Below are positions 25,350 to 30,811 of a stretch of 30,811 nt of DNA, piece after piece (position 1 is the stretch's first letter; each line of letters begins with the position of its first letter). Origin of the DNA: Pseudomonadota bacterium (GTDB lineage: Bacteria; Desulfobacterota; WTBG01; CAIYCZ01); assembly GCA_026388865.1 (NCBI GenBank), contig JAPLIX010000367.1:1-30811 (forward strand). The letters run 5' to 3'. The position numbers and the translations under genes are program-made. The notes beneath the pieces are model-generated. The model saw only the letters and a list, made by a program, of their open reading frames with translations, searched no databases and was not told the origin of the DNA.

Positions 25350-26588
25350 ATGAAAATGAAAAGAACTGTAGTGACCTGGACGTTAAGTCTTTTCTTCCTG
25401 TTTTCCTTTACCGCTTGTTTTGCCGGGGACCGGCAGGGCTCCCGGTTGCTACAGGTTTCTTTTTTCAACGGAGGAAAACTTTTTACCGCAGGCAGGTTAA
25501 AGGTCGTGCAGCTTAACGGAAGCTATCGTCAAATGGGCCGGCAGTACGGATGGCTTCTCAGAGATGATCTGAACAGGCTCTACGAGATCGCAATCAACAG
25601 CCGGTTTATCGGGAAGCAGGGCTTTACCCATGAACGGCTGCAGGTTATCGCTCAATCAATATTTGATGTGTACCCGCAACGATTTAAGGAAATCATATAC
25701 GGCATGGCTGAAACCTCCGGGCTGGGCATAGATAAGCAGATAGTGCTCAATGCAATCGAATGGTACCCGAAAATTAATAGCTTTATTCCCCGCTGTTCAG
25801 GCTTGGCCGTATGGGGAGATTATACCGGCGGCGGACCCCTGGTGTTCGGCAGAAACAATGACGACAGCAGCTTCTATAAAGAGTTCGCGGAGTTTATGGT
25901 AGTAACGGTTTTTAACCCGAATGATTCGAGCATTCCCGCTGCCATCATTAATTACGCGGGGGTGATGTACGCGCCGACCGGCATAAGCCGGGAGGGAATT
26001 TTTCTGGAGCTGAATAGCGGAAATTGGACCGGCTATTACCCGGACCGGCTCTCGATTTTTGTTACGCTCTTTTCCTTTCTGCAGGATTTTTCGTCCCTGA
26101 GTGAACTGGATACGGCGTTTCAGTCCACCCGGGTAAATCTTTCCTCCATCATAAACGCGGCAGACAAAACAAGCGCCTGCAGCTATGAATGTCCGACGTT
26201 TGCTGTAAAGCGCAGGGGTCCGGACCGCGACGGGCTGCTTGCCGCGACCAACCATTTTGTTGACCCGTCATGGGAGCTGCCGCCGCAGCCGGATGATGAA
26301 GGGACTGAATGGACCGTGACCCGGCGCAATAACCTGCTGGCACTCGCAGAAAAATATAAAGGGGCTTTCGATGCTGAAAAGGTACAGGAGGTTCTTGATA
26401 CCACGATTGAAAATGGCGGGGCCACCTATCCCGGCGGTACGATATATCAGGTTGTCGCGGTACCGGAGGAATTAAAATTATGGCTCAAAGCGCCCGGCCT
26501 TTTTGAATGGCAGGAAGTCGATCTGAAAGATCGGAAGAGCACACGTAAAGAGGAGCGAAAACAACATTCGTTCTCTCTGAACAACTGA
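25350..26588 (+). CDS. Exported C45-family Ntn hydrolase; last ~20 codons unreliable because of an embedded adapter
   Basis: Start ATG 25350 (RBS GGGAGG), hydrophobic leader; LNGSYRQMGRQYG, nucleophile RCSGL, FGRNND, ATNHF. Confidence 0.82.
   Translation: MKMKRTVVTWTLSLFFLFSFTACFAGDRQGSRLLQVSFFNGGKLFTAGRLKVVQLNGSYRQMGRQYGWLLRDDLNRLYEIAINSRFIGKQGFTHERLQVIAQSIFDVYPQRFKEIIYGMAETSGLGIDKQIVLNAIEWYPKINSFIPRCSGLAVWGDYTGGGPLVFGRNNDDSSFYKEFAEFMVVTVFNPNDSSIPAAIINYAGVMYAPTGISREGIFLELNSGNWTGYYPDRLSIFVTLFSFLQDFSSLSELDTAFQSTRVNLSSIINAADKTSACSYECPTFAVKRRGPDRDGLLAATNHFVDPSWELPPQPDDEGTEWTVTRRNNLLALAEKYKGAFDAEKVQEVLDTTIENGGATYPGGTIYQVVAVPEELKLWLKAPGLFEWQEVDLKDRKSTRKEERKQHSFSLNN
26528..26546 (+). other. Illumina TruSeq adapter sequence embedded in the contig (assembly artefact)
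   Basis: Exact AGATCGGAAGAGCACACGT, the first 19 nt of the standard read-1 adapter. Confidence 0.92.
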
Positions 26589-26641
26589 TTGCCCGGAATT
26601 TATCAGCCGGCCCCGGATGCGAGCAGGCTCCCCGCACGAAT

Positions 26642-26971
26642 TCACTCCAGCGTTTCAAATGTTTCCGTATCAAGCGTTTCTGTAAACCTGCTGCCAACCA
26701 GAACACTTTCGTCCGTGTGCTGGCTCCATACTACGCGTGCCTCAATATTTATTTTATTCATTTCCCTGTTTAATACTTCAATAAAAATCGGGGCGCCTGC
26801 CGCAAAATCATCATCCCTGGGGAGTTTTAGACAAACGCCATTCACACTCATGTCAAGCACGGTACACTCTCTCTGCCTGCTGCGCTGTTCGTGAGAATAT
26901 TTACCTTTCAGAACGAACTTAAAGCGGTCCCATGATCTTTTATCTTCGCTGGTTCTTTCAAGTTTGTTCAT
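26642..26971 (-). CDS. Stand-alone PilZ-domain protein
   Basis: 109 aa; RxxxR (RSWDR) and DxSxxG (DMSVNG); ARVVW, VGSRF. Confidence 0.85.
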   Translation of the reverse strand: MNKLERTSEDKRSWDRFKFVLKGKYSHEQRSRQRECTVLDMSVNGVCLKLPRDDDFAAGAPIFIEVLNREMNKINIEARVVWSQHTDESVLVGSRFTETLDTETFETLE

Positions 26972-27182
26972 AATTCGTGCCTCTATTTTATTGATAGTGG
27001 TTATCGCAAAATTTCAGCAATTTATAAACTATATATCGGCATAATCATGAAATGGTCAATAACCAAATCTGGTTATTTTGAAAGATATTTTGCATTAGCA
27101 GCGCACTGTTTTTGCAGTAATCGTTGTAGTAATCGCCGTAAATCGGTGCAGGGGAAAAGGGAACGTGAAAGGAGACGCGCGG

Positions 27183-28406
27183 TCACCGGGAGCGCATGAA
27201 TAAACCCCAGGCTATAAGGATCGAAGCGGCTGCGACCCAGATCGGAACGGTGTAAGGCTGGCCGACAATGAACCCGCCGATGAGCGGCGGCAGAAACTGG
27301 GTCATGGCCTGTACGGACTGGTTGATGCCGAGTATCTCCCCCTGTCGTTCAACACCGCCAAGGCCGGAAATGAGCGCCGTTAAATTCGGGTTGGACAGGC
27401 CGTTGGTCAGCGGTATGCAGGCAAGAACCGCAAACAGGAGCGGGTAATTCGGCGCCAGCAGCAGCACCGGGAATATGCCCGCCGACAGCAGGAGCGTAAC
27501 GGTCAGGACCTGCGGCGGCCTGAATTTTTTTGACACCTTCGGGACAATCACGGCCTGCGTGAGTATCGACCAGATGCCGATGTAGGAAAAAATCATGCCG
27601 AGCTGGGACCGGGTCGCGGCGAACTTGTCGATGAGAAAGACCTGGAAGAACTGCGTGAAGAAATTGAAGCCGAAGCCGAGGAAAAAAACAACCAGGAACA
27701 TGTTGCGGCTCACGGCGTCCTGAAAGGCCCTCATAACGTTGAGCGGGCCGATCAGAAGGTGAAAGTCAGCATGCCTCCTTCTTTCCGGGGGCAGGGTTTC
27801 AGATAGCTGCCACGCCACCTGCCCGATATTGACGAGCGTTAACAGAGAAGACAGCCAGAACGGGGTAGCATAATTAAACCAGGGTCGGATGGCAGGATCG
27901 GACAGGAACCCGCCAAGTGCCGGCCCGATAAACAGGCTCGCACCGAACGCAGCGCCGATGAGCCCGAAATTCTTCGCCCGGGACTTCTCGTCGCTTAAGT
28001 CCGCGATGGCTGACTGCGTTACCGCAATGCTTCCGGAAAAGCACCCCATGACGATGCGGCTGAAGAATGCGAGCGTCAGGCTTGCGCGCATGATGCTCAC
28101 CGCCATGATGACAGAGCCTGCCAGCATGCCGGCAAGGCTGAAGAGCAGTATCTTTTTCCGGCCATAGCGGTCGGAAAGCGTACCGAGCATCGGGGAAGCG
28201 AAGAACTGGCAGAGCGGAAATATCCCCAGGATAAATCCCAGTATGGTGGTCCGGACCGGGATGCTGGTGCCGACCGCGATTATGCCGCCGCTCTGGTCCA
28301 GGCACAGCGGCGTGAAAATCGGGATGGCGATGGTCAGTCCTATAAAGTTAAGGAAAGCCGTAAAGGCAATGACGGCGAGGTCCCGCCGGAGATGTTTTTG
28401 TTCCAT
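27183..28406 (-). CDS. MFS transporter, DHA1/TetA-like
   Basis: Motif A GTLSDRYGRK; AIADLS...RAKNFGLIGAAFG..GPALGG; about 12 hydrophobic segments; start ATG 28406 or TTG 28424. Confidence 0.9.
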   Translation of the reverse strand: MEQKHLRRDLAVIAFTAFLNFIGLTIAIPIFTPLCLDQSGGIIAVGTSIPVRTTILGFILGIFPLCQFFASPMLGTLSDRYGRKKILLFSLAGMLAGSVIMAVSIMRASLTLAFFSRIVMGCFSGSIAVTQSAIADLSDEKSRAKNFGLIGAAFGASLFIGPALGGFLSDPAIRPWFNYATPFWLSSLLTLVNIGQVAWQLSETLPPERRRHADFHLLIGPLNVMRAFQDAVSRNMFLVVFFLGFGFNFFTQFFQVFLIDKFAATRSQLGMIFSYIGIWSILTQAVIVPKVSKKFRPPQVLTVTLLLSAGIFPVLLLAPNYPLLFAVLACIPLTNGLSNPNLTALISGLGGVERQGEILGINQSVQAMTQFLPPLIGGFIVGQPYTVPIWVAAASILIAWGLFMRSR

Positions 28407-28487
28407 AAAAAATGATCGGGACAACGCCCGGTATCAGTCAATATATTTCAATTAGAGTAGGTACTTTTAGTTTATCTTTCAGTGGTT

Positions 28488-28532
28488 GAGATTGCCGCGT
28501 CATCCCGCCGTAACGGGATTCTTCGCAATGAC
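28488..28532. repeat. REP-like element of the GTCATTGCGA...GCAATC type
   Basis: GAGATTGCCGCGTCATCCCGCCGTAACGGGATTCTTCGCAATGAC; inner ATCCCG/CGGGAT stem, outer ATTGC/GCAAT. Confidence 0.6.
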
Positions 28533-28615
28533 AGAGCAATAGGGTTCCCGTTTAGACGGGACGGTGCTGCGCGGCAGTCTCCGGATGCGGTCGAGGCTGA
28601 TTACTTCCCCTGCTG

Positions 28616-29188
28616 CTATTTACCCTTGAGCGCTTCCTTGATTTTAAGCCCGAGCTGCCGTGCCTGTTCCATGAATTCCGGCTTCTCCCGGACATCGTCC
28701 ATACCCGCAATGGCCCCGAGCTTGCCCACGACCTTCATCTCGCTGTAACCAAGAAACTTCTCCATGACTTCCAATGTGTGCTCAATCCCGTGACCTGCCA
28801 CGGCGCCCACCACGGCGCCGGGTTTTCCCGCGAGGGGTTTCCTGCCGTGCATGGGATTTTCCGATTCTTTGCCGATCCCCATGTAGCCAAGGGCAATGCT
28901 CCTATCCATCATGCTCTTCATCAGCCCTGAAACCTCGCCGTAGTAGCAGGGCGAGCCGAGGACGATGGCTTCGGCGTCAAGCATCTTCTTATAGAGCATC
29001 GTGGTCATCCCGTCCTGCTGCCAGCAGTTCCCCTCCACCACGCAGCGCATGCACCCCGTGGAGTAACCGGGGTTTATATCTATGAGCCATATAAGCTCTG
29101 ATTCGCCTCCGGTCGCTTTCAGGACTTCTTCAATGAGGCCGCCGGTATTTCCCTCTTTCCTTCCGCTGCCGCAGATTCCCAGTATCAT
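28616..29188 (-). CDS. Flavodoxin-fold (Isf-like) flavoprotein with first cluster Cys replaced by Ser
   Basis: 190 aa; ILGICGSGRKEGNT, YSTGCMRC...C, AEAIVLGSPCYYG..SGLMKSMMDR; RBS AAGGAG. Confidence 0.85.
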   Translation of the reverse strand: MILGICGSGRKEGNTGGLIEEVLKATGGESELIWLIDINPGYSTGCMRCVVEGNCWQQDGMTTMLYKKMLDAEAIVLGSPCYYGEVSGLMKSMMDRSIALGYMGIGKESENPMHGRKPLAGKPGAVVGAVAGHGIEHTLEVMEKFLGYSEMKVVGKLGAIAGMDDVREKPEFMEQARQLGLKIKEALKGK

Positions 29189-29280
29189 GGTGTACTCCTT
29201 TCAAACAGTAATTAGTTATGAGTATAAAAAGCAATCAGTCCCGAAAGCGTTCGGGATCAGCTGTCAGCGTTTTGAATAGT

Positions 29281-29340
29281 CTTTGTGCCTTCTGCCTTTG
29301 TGCCTTTTCTTCACTCCCCAACCCCGAAACCCTATTCCCC
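29281..29340. repeat. 7-8-nt periodic arrays
   Basis: CTTTGTG CCTTCTG CCTTTGTG and CCCCAAC CCCGAAA CCCTATT CCCC. Confidence 0.55.
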
Positions 29341-30099
29341 ATTCCCGCGCTTACATTTTACCATGGTTCTTATGAAATAGCCCATGGGGCAGATGAGGCT
29401 GCAGTAGCTCCTTCCGCCCAGGAGCGGTATTCCTATCACAAAGTAAAAAAGCTCTGCGGTAAAGAAATATACCAGTTTCTGCGCAGAGCGCAAGGGGTAG
29501 ATGGAGCCCGGCAGGGCAATGACAGCGACCAGCGCTGCGGTCATCAGGAAAAAATAGGCAGGAGGGATAACCTTTGCGATTCGGAGAAAACGCATGGGCT
29601 TCGGAGAAAAGACCCTGCCGTAGGTTTCAGAGAAGAACGCGCCGTGCGGGCAGAGATAGCCGCAGAAAGCTTTCGCGCCCCACTTGTAGGTGATGAGCGG
29701 TACAATGGCAAAACCCATAAACACGCTTACATAGAAGGCCGTTCTCGGGGTTGCCGGGTCAAATGCCTGCAGGGAGTGGGGCCAGGGGTAGAGCAGGCAC
29801 GTCCAGCTCCAGCTGTCGAGAAGCATCGGGAGCGCGAGGATGACCGTGAAGTGGCATGCCGAGAGGATAATGAGGCGCAGCCTGCGTGCCGGGTATTTGA
29901 CGATGAAATAGATGACCAGGCCCGCCATGATCATCTCGATGAGGAACAGGCTTGACCAGAAAAAGGCGTTTGCCATGCGCAGGGGTTTGTGGCCGAAGTC
30001 AGGGTTGAGCTCAAAGACGATTTTTACAAACTCGGAGGCGAAGGTGATGAAGAAAATCAGCCAGAGCAGGAATTTTAAACTGTTCTTTAATTTTTTCAT
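29332..30099 (-). CDS. Polytopic membrane protein with two CxxxCP motifs (NapH/MauN/YccM-like 4Fe-4S-binding family)
   Basis: 255 aa; KAFCGYLCPHG and RSYCSLICPMG; multiple hydrophobic helices. Confidence 0.8.
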   Translation of the reverse strand: MKKLKNSLKFLLWLIFFITFASEFVKIVFELNPDFGHKPLRMANAFFWSSLFLIEMIMAGLVIYFIVKYPARRLRLIILSACHFTVILALPMLLDSWSWTCLLYPWPHSLQAFDPATPRTAFYVSVFMGFAIVPLITYKWGAKAFCGYLCPHGAFFSETYGRVFSPKPMRFLRIAKVIPPAYFFLMTAALVAVIALPGSIYPLRSAQKLVYFFTAELFYFVIGIPLLGGRSYCSLICPMGYFIRTMVKCKRGNGE

Positions 30100-30140
30100 C
30101 CGCTAATGTCCTGTAAGGTAAATGAATCGTCAAACATGAG

Positions 30141-30172
30141 CCACAGTCCCGATAGCTATCGGGAACACAGAG
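30141..30172 (-). repeat. REP-like element, inverted copy of 13792-13823
   Basis: CCACAGTCCCGATAGCTATCGGGAACACAGAG; 30/32 match. Confidence 0.75.
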
Positions 30173-30183
30173 AATTATGATTT

Positions 30184-30261
30184 TCATTCACCGCCCCGCC
30201 TCCAGGCGAGATCATACTGCGCCGCATCAGATAGTATCTGGAGTTTTTTGTGCGTGTCCAT
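30184..30261 (-). pseudogene. 25-codon stub resembling the N-terminus of the putative DNA modification/repair radical SAM protein
   Basis: MDTHKKLQILSDAAQYDLAWRRGGE*; the first 19 aa match the recalled start MDTxxKLxILSDAAxYDxAC; lies ~30 nt below a consensus-like promoter. Confidence 0.55.
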
Positions 30262-30290
30262 AGACCGGAGAGGATAATTTCAGCTTGCGG

Positions 30291-30326
30291 AAAGTATAGG
30301 AAGACGGGCGTAAGGTGTCAACAGAA
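30291..30326 (-). promoter_or_regulatory. 36-bp direct repeat, copy A: sigma70 promoter
   Basis: 35/36 identical to 30751-30786; minus strand TTGACA (30321-30316)-N17-TATACT (30298-30293). Confidence 0.85.
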
Positions 30327-30405
30327 TTTAAGAAATATTCTCTTTCTTCCCCCATCAATGCAGGAAGACACCGGCACACAGTCTGTACAACTGCAGGCCA
30401 GGCAC

Positions 30406-30663
30406 TCAGCGAAGTAACCCGAGGACGATGATGACGGAAACCGATGTGAGAAAAAGCAGCCCGGCAAAAAAGGCGATGGAGAGAACGCTGGAGATGAGGA
30501 AGAAGATGGTGGCAGAGCCCGCGATTTCATCGATGAGAGTTTTCTGCGGTGCCCCGAGAGCATTAATAGAGCACAGTATGAGGAAACATATGCCTATCAG
30601 GGTGGCTGAGCTTGACAGTATGTGCGGCGGATTTGTTGGTGCTGGTACATTTCCTTCCGGCAT
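30406..30663 (-). CDS. Small hydrophobic membrane protein, possibly internally deleted
   Basis: Start ATG 30663 with RBS AAGGAG; HILSSSATLIGICFLIL...TLIDEIA...FFLISSVLS-IAFFAGLLFL. Confidence 0.65.
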   Translation of the reverse strand: MPEGNVPAPTNPPHILSSSATLIGICFLILCSINALGAPQKTLIDEIAGSATIFFLISSVLSIAFFAGLLFLTSVSVIIVLGLLR

Positions 30664-30750
30664 GGGAGTTCTCCTTATGCGATCAGGCCCGGGAGCCAGT
30701 ACTGGCAACGGTCATCCATGTGTAACCATGGAACTATTTTTTTATCGGGT

Positions 30751-30786
30751 AAAGTATAGGAAGGCGGGCGTAAGGTGTCAACAGAA
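30751..30786 (-). promoter_or_regulatory. 36-bp direct repeat, copy B: sigma70 promoter
   Basis: 35/36 identical to 30291-30326; TTGACA (30781-30776)-N17-TATACT (30758-30753). Confidence 0.85.
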
Positions 30787-30811
30787 ATAAATTGAAATTG
30801 GGGACAGCGGG

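Noticed and set aside
24638-25468. 276-aa minus-strand ORF
   Set aside because: Antisense shadow of the histidine kinase HATPase region.
29218-29955. 245-aa plus-strand ORF
   Set aside because: Antisense to the CxxxCP membrane protein and starts in low-complexity repeats.
30291-30786. Two-repeat CRISPR (36-bp repeats)
   Set aside because: Only two copies, separated by 424 bp containing a gene; non-palindromic and shaped as a sigma70 promoter.
1-30811. tRNA, rRNA and additional Sec-recoded genes
   Set aside because: None recognised by eye; at the other stops I examined there was no homologous continuation. A tRNAscan/Infernal run would be needed to exclude small RNAs.

Overview
Bacterial chromosomal window, most consistent with an anaerobic deltaproteobacterium (Desulfobacterota-like; inferred from gene content, not searched). 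From start to end it holds: the start of a NuoE/NuoF (HydC/HydB-type) operon running off the left edge; a ferritin-like protein; an internally duplicated V4R/H-NOX-like protein; a JAB protease; an IS91-family relic with a RelE/ParE toxin-antitoxin pair between two 74-bp ori-like promoter repeats; and a small CQLGCF protein, a ChlI/MoxR-type AAA+ ATPase and a large frameshifted vWA protein. Next come two lipoproteins, a C45 Ntn hydrolase, and an iron-sulfur flavoprotein plus ferredoxin-dependent bilin reductase-like gene pair divergent from an aldehyde:ferredoxin oxidoreductase. Then RluA, a Cys-rich zinc ribbon, an exported rhodanese with an in-frame UGA (probable selenocysteine, truncated in the ORF track), a CMD/AhpD protein and an atypical SGNH protein. 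An AT-rich decayed island (NucS-like and integrase-repeat fragments) is followed by VOC, a histidine kinase, a second C45, PilZ, MFS, a second flavoprotein, a CxxxCP membrane protein and a duplicated 36-bp promoter. Several gene stubs, REP/MITE-like elements and 7-nt periodic arrays are present. An exact 19-nt Illumina adapter at 26528-26546 shows the assembly is not clean, so breaks and deletions need read-level confirmation. No rRNA, tRNA or CRISPR array was recognised. Family assignments come from motifs read by eye and recalled family knowledge; no database search was run.
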